From positions 21,266,001 to 21,330,000 of the forward strand of contig CM060733.1 in NCBI GenBank assembly GCA_030704615.1: 64,000 nt of DNA, read 5' to 3'. Below are positions 1-12,700 of this stretch, in pieces; the first letter of the stretch is position 1, and every line of letters starts with the position of its first letter. The notes under the pieces are model-generated. The model made no database searches. It was not told the DNA's origin and saw only the letters and a program-made list of their open reading frames with translations. The position numbers and the translations under genes are program-made. Origin of the DNA: Takakia lepidozioides. Lineage: Eukaryota > Plantae > Bryophyta.

Positions 1-2
1 AG

Positions 3-1736
3 CGACGGTGGCCGACGCACGAAAAAGAGATAAAGGCGGTGGTGCATTGCCTTGAGCTTTGGCGCCACTATGTTGGTTCCAACCCAGTGAAGGTGTTCAC
101 GGACAATGTCACGGTGAAGTATTTTGCCACGCAGCCCAAGTTGTCCCCAAAACAACTTAGGTGGCAAGATACTTTGGCGGTGTTCGACGTGGATATCCAG
201 TACAAACCGGGACGGGACAATGTGGTGGCCGATGCTTTAAGTAGAAAGCAGCAGCTCTTGTTGGTGTACAAGGGCGAGACGGCGCTCCAAAGGAATATCC
301 GGAAGGCTTGCCGGAAGGATGAGCTGGCAAAGTCCGTGATGCAGGACTTGAGAATGGGGGTTAAATCGCAGTTCCACTTGCAAAATGGGTTGCTCCGGTA
401 TAAGCAAAAGCGTCTCTACGTGCCGAAGGGAGGGATCAGAGATAGCCTCTTGAGAGAATGCCATGATAGCCCGCTTGCGGGCCACGGCGGAGCCAAACGC
501 ACTGCGGCACTCCTGAAGAAAGAGTATTTCTGGCCCAAACTGAGGGAGGAGGTAGAGGAGTATGTCAAAACATGCACCACATGCCAACATAACCGGAGCG
601 AGTACAAAAAGCAAGCGGGGCTGTTACAACCCTTGCCGATTCCAGAGGGGACTTGGGAAAGCGTCTCGATGGATTTCATGACTGCTATGCCGCTGTCAAA
701 AGGATTCGATGCAATCATGGTGGTGGTGGATAGGTTCAGTAAAATAGGCCATTTCATCCCCACTAAGGAGACGGCAACGGCGCAGGAGACATGGCGACTT
801 TACTTCGCCCACGTCTTAAAGCATCATGGAGTCCCGAAGGATATTGTCTCGGATCGCGATCCAAAGTTTACGAGTAAATTTTGGAGGACACTTTGGAAGA
901 AGATGGGGACGAGGCTGAAGATGAGCACCGCCTTCCGACCTACGACGGACGGCCAAATGGAAAGAGTGAATTCCGTAGTGAAGCAATTTTTGCGGAATTA
1001 CGTGTCGGCAGACCAATCAGACTGGATGGAACACTTAGACGTGGCAGAGTTCTGTTATAATAACACAGAACACTCCGCAACGGGAGTTTTCCCTTTCGTA
1101 TTGGTCTATGGAAAAGCACCTCTGGTGCCGACAAGTTGGGCCGCCCAGGACGTTGAGGAACCGGCAGTAGCGGCGGTACTGGAAGAACGCGAGCGTTTGT
1201 TGAAGCTCGCAAAGTACAATATTGCCAAAGCTAGGAAACGGTATGAAAGGCAGGCGAATCGGAAGCGGAGGGAAGTGAAGTTTGAGGCAGGCACAGAGGT
1301 CTGGTTGAACATCAAGAATTTTCGACTACCTCCGGAAGTGAATCAGAAGTTCGTACCTCCGTATGCGGGACCATTTCGCATTCGGAAGGTTATGAATGAG
1401 GATGTGTATGAATTGGAGCTGCCGGCAAACAGCAAGGTGCACCCAGTATTCCATGTCTCCCTTTTGAAACCTTACTTCAAAGATGAAGCGCGTCCGAATC
1501 GGCATCAAGTGTTGCGTCCGCCACCTATGCTATTGGATCATGAAAATGAACCTGAGTACGAGGTGGAGGCAATACTTAAGTCGAGGAGGTTCAGGAACCG
1601 AGAAACGAAGTATCTCGTCAAATGGAAGGGCTATCATCATGTGGAGGCATCTTGGGTGCGTGCCTCAGAAATGGGAAACACATCCGAGGCGGTTGCAGCT
1701 TTCGAAGGGCGACCTCAAAAGCGGAAGAAGCGTTGA
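3..1736 (+). CDS. pol: Gypsy Pol C-terminal part: RNase H, integrase (HHCC zinc finger, DDE core, GPY/F), chromodomain; open to the window start
   Basis: Motifs FTDN, ADALSR, HDSPLAGH...CTTC, SMDF, VSDRD, GQMERVN, PYAGPF and YEVEAIL...YLVKWKGY...SW. The frame is open from base 3 (RRWPTHEKEIKAVVHC). Confidence 0.95.
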   Translation, partial: RRWPTHEKEIKAVVHCLELWRHYVGSNPVKVFTDNVTVKYFATQPKLSPKQLRWQDTLAVFDVDIQYKPGRDNVVADALSRKQQLLLVYKGETALQRNIRKACRKDELAKSVMQDLRMGVKSQFHLQNGLLRYKQKRLYVPKGGIRDSLLRECHDSPLAGHGGAKRTAALLKKEYFWPKLREEVEEYVKTCTTCQHNRSEYKKQAGLLQPLPIPEGTWESVSMDFMTAMPLSKGFDAIMVVVDRFSKIGHFIPTKETATAQETWRLYFAHVLKHHGVPKDIVSDRDPKFTSKFWRTLWKKMGTRLKMSTAFRPTTDGQMERVNSVVKQFLRNYVSADQSDWMEHLDVAEFCYNNTEHSATGVFPFVLVYGKAPLVPTSWAAQDVEEPAVAAVLEERERLLKLAKYNIAKARKRYERQANRKRREVKFEAGTEVWLNIKNFRLPPEVNQKFVPPYAGPFRIRKVMNEDVYELELPANSKVHPVFHVSLLKPYFKDEARPNRHQVLRPPPMLLDHENEPEYEVEAILKSRRFRNRETKYLVKWKGYHHVEASWVRASEMGNTSEAVAAFEGRPQKRKKR

Positions 1737-2630
1737 TAGGGACATCAACCTTGGAGCGTGGGGGAGGAAATGCATGCTTAGCCCGGTTTAGCTAGCTCAG
1801 GAATCCGGTTGCAAAAACTTGTATTATACAAAAAAATTGTTATAAAGGAAATGGGTTCCAAATATTGTGCGTCCTATTGTGTTTGGAATGGTGATGCATG
1901 GTGTGGTTGGCTAGTGTGTAGAATGCATGCTAGCTTACAAAAGTGGGAGAGGTAAATTGGGTTAATCGTATATTTGCGCAGTGCCGAAATCGGGTGACTC
2001 CCATCCAAGGGGCAAGGAAACTTGCGCCTTTCTTCGGGAGTTCACGTGCTAGTGCGCACCTGGCGCGTGCGCGTACTATAACTGCGCTACCGAGGGGGTT
2101 ACCTTGTAGTGCGGGCTAACGCGGAAGCTACGTGCTTCCGTTCACGTACTATAATCGTGTAGCCTCGGGACGAAGTCGTAGTGCGGCTTCGGCGTGTTCC
2201 CGTACCTCAGACCAGCATTCCAAGGCGGACCCAATTGTAGTAATTGGGGCGCACGGTTGGTTCAAGGTTATCTTCCTAGTCAAAGAGGGTTCCAGGTGAA
2301 CCCTTGGTCAAGGTGATGCCAAAAGCGGCATCATGAGCGATCGCAAGCAATGTTGTTGCAGTAAGACGATTCGATCCTCGGGGAGGATCGTTCCTTGGTC
2401 TTGAAGTAGGCCAAGAAGAGTGCACTGGGAGGAGCTGGAGAGGCTCCACCCTTGGCCGGGACTTGGAGGAAGTCGGCCGAACTAGCTAGTGGAGAGTAGA
2501 GTCAAGTGTGGGGTTTGGTTCTTTGCCATGGGACGCCATGGTACAGAAACAAACTCCTTGATGTGAGACACCACAACTTGGATGTTCGTTTCTACAAAAT
2601 GGACAAGTCGATGAGGACATCGACTCCCTG

Positions 2631-2644
2631 TTGGTAGGGGTGTG
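2631..2644 (+). promoter_or_regulatory. polypurine tract preceding the 3' LTR
   Basis: TTGGTAGGGGTGTG directly before the TG start of the LTR. Confidence 0.6.
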
Positions 2645-3378
2645 TGTCGCGGCCATTTGCCTTGAGGGCAGGGGGTCGGGACACATGAGGGGCTGCCCCT
2701 GTGGTGGGGGCAGCGGCAGCGATAGGTATGGGGGGGGGGGGGCTGAAGCACCCTTGAGTGCTCAAGGCACTCAAGGAGGCGGAGGCGCTCACTAGGTGGG
2801 GCCCCGCACACCGGGTTGCGGTGGGGGTGGCTCCACAAGGGGTGGTGGTAGCTTAGCGGGACTTAGTGGGGGTGGCATAGGATTCACCATGGGGGCGGAG
2901 ACCTCGTGGTGGGAGTCGTGGGGAGTCTTGGGACTCATCACGGTCCATAGGGGCCGTGGTGAGCGGGCCAAGACTCACCGCGACTCATCACCGGGAGTCG
3001 AGGGTTTTCGTGGTGGTTCGCCATAAAATAGCATGGCTGGTTGTGGAACCCCCGCGGACAGCTATAGAAGTATATATAGGGAGTAGTAACCCCGAGAACG
3101 GTGCAAGCCCGTTGGTGACCAAAAACTAATGAGTAAGCGAGCGAGCCGGAAAGCGACCAAAGAGTGGGGAGCTGTTCCGGACTGCCATCTACCAAAGGGA
3201 ATTCTCCTAGTCCCAATTAGATGGAGGGTTTATAGGGAAGCGAAGGGGGGACCGTTATGTCCCGGTGAGCAGCTGAAGCTCCAAGTTGGCCCGGGCGGCC
3301 AGGTTGGGAGTCAGGCGCGCGCATCAAAGCAAGTAACTATGACTTGAAGGGGAGCTTACCGAAGTGAGGTGCGCGACA
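2645..3378 (+). repeat. 3' LTR (734 bp)
   Basis: 7-bp terminal inverted repeat TGTCGCG/CGCGACA. Both ends match the reverse-complement LTR at 16370-16677. Confidence 0.93.
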
Positions 3379-5097
3379 CAAACCAACTTAAATATGTCCA
3401 CACCCCCCCTCTCCCCAAATACCTCAACTTGAAGGAACCAACACTAACCCTTATCTTATAGGTACAGCACCCCCTCCACACAGACATCCGCGACCCCCTT
3501 CATGCAACAGCTAGAACAATTACTCACCATCAAACCTAAATTAAAAGCTACCATCCATCACCCACCTCACCTCCCCTACACCACAACACCCGTCACCCTC
3601 TCTCGGACCAAACCAAACAAAGCCTGGAGCATAGCGGTTCCGCGCCCCCCCCCCCAGATTACACCCACAATACCCCCTCCCCCAATTCCCCTAATTTATC
3701 AACAAAACACCACCCCCAAATATCCCCTCATCAACTCGCACTACACTGACGGTTCCCTCACCCAACCAGATGCGGGCTATGGTATTTATCATGCAGGAAC
3801 AAGGGAAGGGGTCGCCCTCCGGCTACCAGGTCCAGCTACCATTCTAAGGGCCGAACTGATGGCCATATATGATGCCCTCCTCTTGCTAGACTCATTCCCG
3901 CCCCCATACTTCATCTTCACAGACAGCCTCACCTCCCTATTTCTGATCCGCAACCATATATCCCGTCCTTCTTCCCATCATCATCACCCTGATCGCAATC
4001 TCATTATAGCCATTGTTAACACTGCTATAACTATAAGACACCCAATCCAATTCCTCAAAGTCCGCTCCCACACTGGCATCCAAGGTAATGAGGAAGCGGA
4101 TCTACTCGCCCAACTTAGCGCCACTAAACCCAAAGTCTACCCCACGGATGACCCTATCCACATTGCCCACACTCACCCATTCTGGTTTATTCACCCCGTC
4201 CCAGACCCCCCTGCACCCCGACCAATACGTAATCTCTTAGTCACTCTCACCCGTGAAGCCAATAAACAAGCTGCTGACTCAATTAGCCATACAAATGTCC
4301 ATATTAAAAAATGGACCAAATCCAAAGTGTTGCACCACAAACTCTCAAACCACTTCTGGCAAACCAAAGCTACCACTGATGCGCAAATCCGTCAAATACT
4401 CAAGTTCAGATACGCACGGTACATGGGTCATCAACGTAAATATATTTTCTGGCCACGACTCTACCCATCACCATATGTGTTCAACAACACATCACGAACG
4501 GGATACCTGGCCTCACTTCCTTAGCCGATGCACACACCCGGTTATTCACGGCCTACATATTACCCGACACAACCACGCAGTATGGCACCTGCATAAACTC
4601 TTCTCAAAACGTGCTGAGACACGTTGATTCACGCTCATTAATGCTGGTACTTACTAGGGAAGACCACCAGACCACACTGTACCGCCATGGTTGCTACCAT
4701 GCACATGTACCCGATCACCTTGCTCCTGCCCAGTTAGACTTTGCCCAGACATACTTATTATCCAAGGTCTACCCACTACTGCCCCAGCACCTGCCTCCCC
4801 GTCCCCACAATTTACCGTCCACTTCATCGAATTTACATTTTGCCACGATTGGTACCCTAGTGACTCCATCCTTGAGAAACGACAAAAATATGCCCCCCCT
4901 CATCCTGGCAATTCGACGGCAGGGTTGGGCAATAGGCCCACTCACCGTTGTCACTGCCGGAACAAGGGGCGGCATCCACAACGCCAGCATCAATGATATA
5001 CATAATAACTTCAAAATTCCCCACTCCCCCATCCATAAATGCTTCAAGGAAATCCACCTCACAGCTATCATCACCAACAAACGCCAACTCGAGTCTG
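3379..5097 (+). mobile_element. Dualen/RandI-like LINE, 3' half (RNase H, CCHC knuckle, restriction-like endonuclease), frameshifted
   Basis: RNase H motifs YTDGS, RAELMAI, FTDSL, KVRSHTGIQGNEEAD. Knuckle remnant CSTTHHERDTWPHFLSRC. RLE motifs RHNHAV, LCPDILII, VHFIEFTFCHD, KRQKY. Confidence 0.85.
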
Positions 5098-5513
5098 GTT
5101 CTTCTAACGTTCTGCCGTTACGGTTCTGCCGTTCTTGATGCATTGGTTCCTGCAGTTTTAGCATCGGGTCCATCTGTTTCTTTGACATCAGCTTCGCCTG
5201 CAGTTTCTCAACCATCGCTCTATGGATTATCTCCTAGCTTTGGTCCAAATTTCCATGGGACAATGACTAATCATGTCTTCCATTTTCATGTATGTGATCC
5301 TGCTCAATTCAAGGACATTTTTTCGAAGAAGCCAAGTTAGAATTAGATACTCATTGTAGTCTAGTTGTGTTGTATAAGCAAATTGATACATTGCATCTCA
5401 TTTTGGAATAATAACCAGGGAGATATAGTTGATCAATACATAATACATTTGATGAGATTCGCACTGGAATTTTGTCATGTCATTTACCGAGATGAGACTG
5501 AGACCGCATTTTT

Positions 5514-8500
5514 TCAGAGTTGATTTTTGTATAACAGACTTACATTACATTGTTGTATCTTCTGACGATTACACTGAGCAGAATTGTAGGGCTGTTGTCC
5601 AAAGAGAGACTCAGACTTCAGAAACTGTGGAATGCTAGGAGTCTTGCTTGCCCTCTCCAAGAACGGCCACAACACATCGAGTATATAGCCATCTTTTGGC
5701 CCTGATGATTGCATTTTCCATGGCTCCGGATATATCCTACTAAATGGAGGATTGTTTGATGTCTTTCTTGGTGTGTCATCAACAAGAAGAGTGTCTTCAG
5801 GACCCCATTCTGGCCACTCTGCCCGCACTCTTGATAGGTTCTTCAAATATATGGGCTTTGCATCAGCCCCCCGAGCCAATGAGTCAATAAGCTCTTCACA
5901 GTAAAGGGCATCCCACTGGAAAATAAGATTAGTGTGCCCTTTGAAAATAAAGTCCACCATCGGAATGAAGTTGCGAGCTTTGCAGCAAGACCACACTGCC
6001 ACCTCAAAGTGTGCAAAACACTTTTGCAAAAAAGAAATACAGCTGGGTCTCAAAACTACCATTTTCATCCCACACAACTTCCCCACAAATCCTTTGGGAA
6101 CAGTTGTTGGACCACTAGCAACATGAATGGATTCACAGAGCAATCCATTTACATCCAAAACTAGCAAGTGCTTGCGAGGTGGGGGAGACTGTAAACGCTC
6201 ACCTGGCTTCAACATATCAGCCCCAGTGGGATGCACAACCAATTGAAATGTTGTAGCATCTGTCCCATCCTCCCCATGTGAATTCCCCAAGGAATCATGC
6301 ATACCTGAATCCGGTGTACCAGGCTTCTCAGACATATCACGGGCATCATGATCAGTAGCTTCCTTTGTACTAGAGGCAGGCTGACTTGAAATTGTTGTCT
6401 CAGTGCCTGCCTTCCCTATGGCAAACTGCTTGGACAGATGCAAACCATCATCGGTGATAGGGTTAGGGGAGAGTTGAGATTGATTGCCAGTTACGGTCTC
6501 AAACCGCTCCGCCAATCTTTTTGATACAGTGACACCAGAACCATTCATGCCAGATGTCACTGGACCTGCCAGGGGGACATTAACCCCCAATTTGAGCATC
6601 ATTGCCTTTTGAGAGTCCATCATGTTCTGCATCCATGATTTCATCTCCAACATATCAGACCCTTGAGCCTCGACTTGTTTTTCCATTACATCCACATTTC
6701 CGACTATGGCAGAATACGCTACACTCGCTTCCTGCCATATACACAGAAATGCATAAGACAACATGTTCCAGCAAGTTTTTTTCCACCTGCCAATATTTGA
6801 GCACAACATCAAGCACCTTACCTATCAATCCATATTGGGTGATCACACCAACCAGACACATATTCATCAAACGCTGGCAACCATGACTACAACATGTTCA
6901 CCTATACAAAAGTACTGGTCCCACTTTTGTTCTAGCAAAGCAGTAAATTCAGGCACAGGTCCTTCTACCACACATGTAGTCCTAGGGATACAATGATGAC
7001 ACGCAGCAACTTCTGAAGTAAAATGTGTTAACCCTCTACTAAACCCTTTGATGGACTTAGACCTGGCCAGACAGGGCCGTCCTAGGGATACAATGTTGGC
7101 TTATAGTGAAAATCAACAAACCCAAACCCAACAGATCTCAGTCCAAACCAGGAAGTGGTTAGAGGTACCAAACTCAGTTTTGTCAATCAACACACTGGCA
7201 CTCTTATGAGTACATATATTCTTTCAACACTTAAATCATTCACTGAGAACTTGAGCAACCAGACGTGCTATAATACACAAGGCACACATGTACTGAAAGC
7301 ACATGGTTGTTGAGTCTCACTTACCTGCCTATCGCTCCCATCTGACATCCTTGAGACAGAGTATTCTTGTATGTCAGCCAACGTAGGGGGGCACCCGGTT
7401 TCTCTTTCCTACATATGAACCCAACATAACAAACAATATGAAGCCAATGTGCAATTTGTACTCAATGGCTCAACCATACAAAACCATAATAAAACCACTG
7501 AAGATAATGCAACGTCAAGATTGAACAATCATGTCAGCACATAAATAATTTTATACTAAAGCTCAGCTCCAAAATTGCTTGAAATACTAAACCATAAGCC
7601 AACCAACATTAAAGATTGGCATTCATAGAATGTATTGAGAGGAGTACAGTGAGAAAGCTCATGAGGGTTCTTACTAAGCGTGCCTCCATGCTGTCCTTCC
7701 CTCCCCGGCCCGTTTTGGTGTGATTTTGAATGCAGGCATTTGTTGTCTTCAAGTGGGTCTGCACTTTGGAGTACTATTCTGTACCCAGTAGGAGGTGAGG
7801 CTCTTCCAATGCTCATCAGACACGTCCATGGGTTTCCCCCCACCTTTCTGCCATTCCTTGTGCAAGTCATGCCGTCGGGACTTCATAATTGTGCCTATTG
7901 TGTTTCGCAACGCAATATCATCCAAGTCACGTGGGACATATTCAAATAGTTTGGCCAGGATTTCTTTGAGCTCTTCAATGATCTCATCAGGCTGATAGTT
8001 GATGGCTATAGAAGGATCACAGATACGATGAATGTGACCTGAGCGCTGCATGCCAAACATTCCTCGTTTGAACTACTCGTTTTCTTGCCTTGTTCACAAC
8101 AACTACAGTTGCAGGAAGACCTTCTGCCTCTCTTTCTTCCTTCACTTTATATGTCGCGGCCTTCACAGCATAATTTGCCTTGTGGCATTTTTCTGCTTCT
8201 GTTTTTGCTTGCCCTGGGTTTCCATACATGAAACACAATGCCAAGTAAATCCAACTACAAGGACCACACCATATCATGATATAAAGGTGCCATAAAGTAT
8301 AAACAGTACGCATGATTTGTACAGGTCTGATTACCCAAAAATCAGACAGATCTTGGCTAGAAAATTGGCCAAATTGGATTGGCTTCAATGATGTGCGCCC
8401 AAGAATTTTCCAACCCTTTTTATGTATGGTTTTTGCCTGAAATCCATACCAAACATGCAATAGGGAGGGGCATACCTAAAAGCTGTGAGAAAAGATGGAA

Positions 8501-9241
8501 TGTGCTCAACATACGAGACCTACTGCTTACAAAGTTATAAATAGTGCTATGGAATATGGGGGCCACATGCACATGGGCAATGTGCAGCTCCTCCACTCAG
8601 AAAATGGACAGACATAAATGCACAAGCTGAATCTAGACAGAGAATGTGCTTATGACAGCACACCCCCTTCGAAACCAAACATGCCAATGAGGGACAGACC
8701 TACAAAGCACGGAAGAGACAGAACAGAAAGAAGAAGAATATTGACACGCAATTAAATCTGCCAAGTATTTAGACAATCCCTCCCCGGATCATGGCCCCTA
8801 ATGAAGTCCGCATGATACTATTCGGCACTCATGAGGTTGTGCTCACCTTCAGAATAAGTGGTGAGAGACTACAAATATGCCCATAAAATGCACTCATAGA
8901 TGGAGACGGTGTGTCTGCACCACGTTTTTTCCCTGCGTGCGCCACTGTGCCTGCATCTGCGTCCTCCGACATGGAGTCAGCTGAATCCCCAGTCCCTTCC
9001 TGTACTGCTCCCTTTTGTCGTGGGAGGTAAGGATATCGTCGTCTATGTCAAAAATTACTTTGGGCTTGGCAGTTGTTCGAGTCATGGTGATGAGTCGGGC
9101 ACTTCGTCTTGCCGGACCTTTGATAGGAGCTCCACGAGACCGTGCCTTCCGACGCGGTTTCACACCCGTAATCCTGCAAAAATACTTCCATTGCGGCCCA
9201 CAGGTTACTTGACTATCTCCCCTCTTAAACGACCAACACAA
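5514..9241 (-). pseudogene. CACTA TnpA/PTTA-like multi-exon gene ending in an FCP1/NIF-type HAD phosphatase domain
   Basis: Exon ~7660-8230 has KPMDVSDEHWKSLTSYW (PTTA-like). Small exon ~7325-7410 reads EKETGCPPTLAD. Last exon ~6731-5514 has LLVLDVNGLL, RPSCISFL, VAVWS, LKNL and LLVDDTPRK. The 5' boundary is uncertain. Confidence 0.65.
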
Positions 9242-9727
9242 GACAAATGCAGCTCATACCCTAATGTTCATAAAGGAGCTGGAAAACGATGAAGTGCCTT
9301 ACCGCTGTCCCAATGGCTGCCCGTCAAATGCGGTTCACTCCCGCCTACTGCTATGAATGCACTCCTATACCCTAAACTACACTCAACTTGCACTTTTCAA
9401 GTCTTTTTTACATTCACACCAACAGCGCCGCCTCTCGATCACACCTCATCTACTGTGCAAATGGGAAGAGATCACACTGTTAGCCATGCATGCAATGTCA
9501 AAGGATTGGGTCATTGAACTGTTCGAACCTTACCTTTTGAAGTCATGCTTCAACTTCGCCGTGGCATCCTTCACGATGGCAATGTTAGCCTCATGTAGCT
9601 TCTCGTACTTAGTGAGAGCAATATATCTACCTCTTGCGGTGTGTGCTAGTGAGCTGCATGATCATTCATAGAACACTGAGGACACAAAGTTGCAGAGGCT
9701 CTACAGGGCATTGCATACTACGAGCTA

Positions 9728-12700
9728 TGAACGTTCAACGTCTGTTCGGCCGTCATGGTGCATATGAGCCACGCATGCGATTACTAGATGACAGACTATG
9801 GCGACTCGAGGAGGCGTACGCCATATCAAATGGGAACAAGAAAATGCTTTGCAATTGCACTGAATGTCATGGATCCAAATGGCAGTTGTTGGAGACAGTG
9901 AAGAAGCACTACCTCAAACATAAGAGGGATCCAACTTTGCGTAGCTGTAATATTCCGGTACATCCACAGGAAGTACACTATCCTTCAGGACTTAGCAATC
10001 TCCAAGTTTGAATTTTGAAACCATTTTGGTGTGGTAGTAGTAGCCATGACTTCACCACTCCACATGTCGAAAGTTGATTGGCGAGTTGTAGTCATGTAGT
10101 TGTGTCTATGACTGCCCTTTATACACATGTCGATATGTCGTTGGCTAGTTGTAGTCGTGTAGTCATAAACACATATAGGAACATGACTACGTCACTAGAA
10201 CTATCTACCATGTGTCACAATGTCGTTGCTCAAATCGAAGTGATGTAGTGATAGTCGTGACTACATTTGTCCACATGTCATAATCTACATATATTGTGAA
10301 TGAACCGTGGGAAACACGTGATGCAGGGACATGCTGATTCTGATGACGAGGAGGATCGGGATGAGTTTGGGCAAGGGCCTAATGAAAGAGAGAACAATAC
10401 GGATCATGAAGGTGGTGTGGAGGCAGAAATTCAACGAGCATTGCAGGAAGCTTTTGAGTTTGCGGATGCAAACATGGAGGATCCGATTAATGGTGGAACT
10501 CGGGCCGAAGACAGCCCCAACGAGGAAGAATCCATGGATAATGCAGAGAATGCAGAGAATGGCCCAAACCTGAGTCACGGAGTTGACCCCAACTACGATA
10601 CGCTATTTCGACAATCTCAGTGTAAACTCTACGAAGGGAGCTCGATCAGCCGATTTGAAGCTACTTTGCACTTGCTCAACTTGTGCACCACCCACAAGTG
10701 CACCGATGGCTTTGTGGATGAGCTTCTTGGATTGTTGCGCAAAAGTTTTTTGCCGAAACAGAATTCTCTGCCGAAAACTAATTATGAAGCTAGAACTATG
10801 ATTGCGAAGATGGGATTGCAGTACACCCAGATCCATGCCTGCGAGAAAGGCTATGTACTCTTCCGTGGGGAGAATGAAAAAGCAGAATTTTGCTCGAAGT
10901 GCAAGACATCGCGTTACATTCCTGGTCGTGGGACTGTACCCAGAAAAATACTACGACATTTCCCTGTCATCCCAAGGTTGAAACGCATGTATCGATGCAA
11001 ATCAATCGCGCACCTTATGACATGGCACTTCAAACATAAGAGTCAGGATGGATTGGTTCGACATCCAGCTGATTGCAAAGCCTGGGCCCACATTGACTCC
11101 ACATTTGCGGATTTTGCTTCAGAACCACGAAATGTACGATTTGGATTAGCCTTAGATGGAGTAAATCCATACAGTGCTCAATCCACGAGTTGGAGCACAT
11201 GGCCCATCCTGTTGGTCAACTATAATTTGCCTCCATGGTTGATGACAAAGAAATTTTTCGTCATGTTAGCACTCATTATCCCTGGAAAGGAGTCTGTTAC
11301 ATCTGCGAACATTGATGTGTATTTGATGCCCCTAGTAGAGGAGCTACAGGAATTGTGGAGAGGCATCATAGCTTACGATGTTTCCCAAACTCTCCAACAA
11401 CGCCAATTCTTGCTACGGGCATTGCTGCTATGGTCAATCCATGATTACCCTGCATATGGCTTGCTCGTGGGTCAGGTTACTAAAGGTTATGCTAGTTGCC
11501 CAACCTGTGGACCCGAGGTGGATTCACAACATTTACATGCATGTTCGAAGACTGTGTTCCTGGGCCATCGGAGATTTCTTGCCCACAACCATCCGTATAG
11601 AAGATCAAGAATATTCAATGGTGCTGTTGAGCATAGAGTGGCTCCACAAATGCAGACGGGAACACAAATAAAGAAACGTGAAATTGACCTGATTGCATGG
11701 ATAGCAGCAGGGGGGAAACCAGATACGCCATCAGACCCTTCCAAATCTCACGGAGTGAAGCGATTATCAATCTTATATGCCTTGTCTTACTGGGAGGGCC
11801 TCCTCATACGACATACGTTTGATGCTATGCATTGCGAAAAGAACTTTGCAGAGAATATCATTAAGACTATTTTTGGGGAGAAAGATACATTGAAGGTTCG
11901 GCGTGATCTTGAATTACTTGGGTTGCGTCCATCATTGTGGTTGCAACGACATCCAGACAGGGCAGATACGTTAATCATGTCTCCTGCTCCTTATGTTCTG
12001 ACTGAAGCTGAGTTGAAAGTTCTCTTGGACACTATGCGAAACCTTAAAGTATCCACAGGATACGCATCAGCTTTCAAAAAACACGTGGTAAAGAAAAAAC
12101 TATCTGGCATGAAATCACATAATTACCATGTGTTCATGCACCAAATTTTACCGCTAGCTATTCGTGGGCTCATGGCAACAGGTGTGCGCACTACAATTTT
12201 GCGAGTATGTCGTGTATTTAGGAGGTTGTGTGCAAAAGTAGTGAATCCTGCAGAGTATGAGGAGTTGAAATATGAAGCAGTTGTTACTCTCTGTCTAATG
12301 GAGAAAGAGTTCCCACCATCATTCTTTGATGTGATGACACATCTGCTTGTCCACCTAGTGGACGAGCTCGATTTATGTGGTCCTGTGGCATCACGTTGGA
12401 TGTACCCCATAGAGCGGGCAATGAGAGAAATGAAGGGGTACGTCCGGAACATGGCAAAACCCGAGGGCAGCATGGCTCAAGGATACATTTTTTATGAATC
12501 TCTAGGATTTTGCACGGAGTATATGGCAGGATATGATGGAACCGCACGAAGGGTGTGGGATGCAGATGAGGAAGAATCTGTGGCCGGCGTAGTTTTGGAA
12601 GGAGCCGGCAAACCTCGGAAATTGGGTGACTTGCATGCTATTGTACACGATTACATCATTCAAAATCATCCAAGCATATCCGATATGTTAAAGTAAGTCC

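Larger units (their letters stand above)
1..3378 (+). mobile_element. Ty3/Gypsy chromovirus, 3' half (pol end, 3' UTR, PPT, 3' LTR)
   Basis: RNase H-integrase-chromodomain ORF, then an LTR with TGTCGCG...CGCGACA ends, followed by CAAAC (TSD). The 5' half lies inverted at ~15264-16677. Confidence 0.93.

Noticed and set aside
1771-3378. 1.6 kb LTR starting right after pol
   Set aside because: The partner LTR, terminal inverted repeat and TSD place the LTR start at 2645.
5098-5340. C-terminal tail of a Crypton-like recombinase (FHGTMTNHVFHF)
   Set aside because: The resemblance is too short and no catalytic residues are visible.
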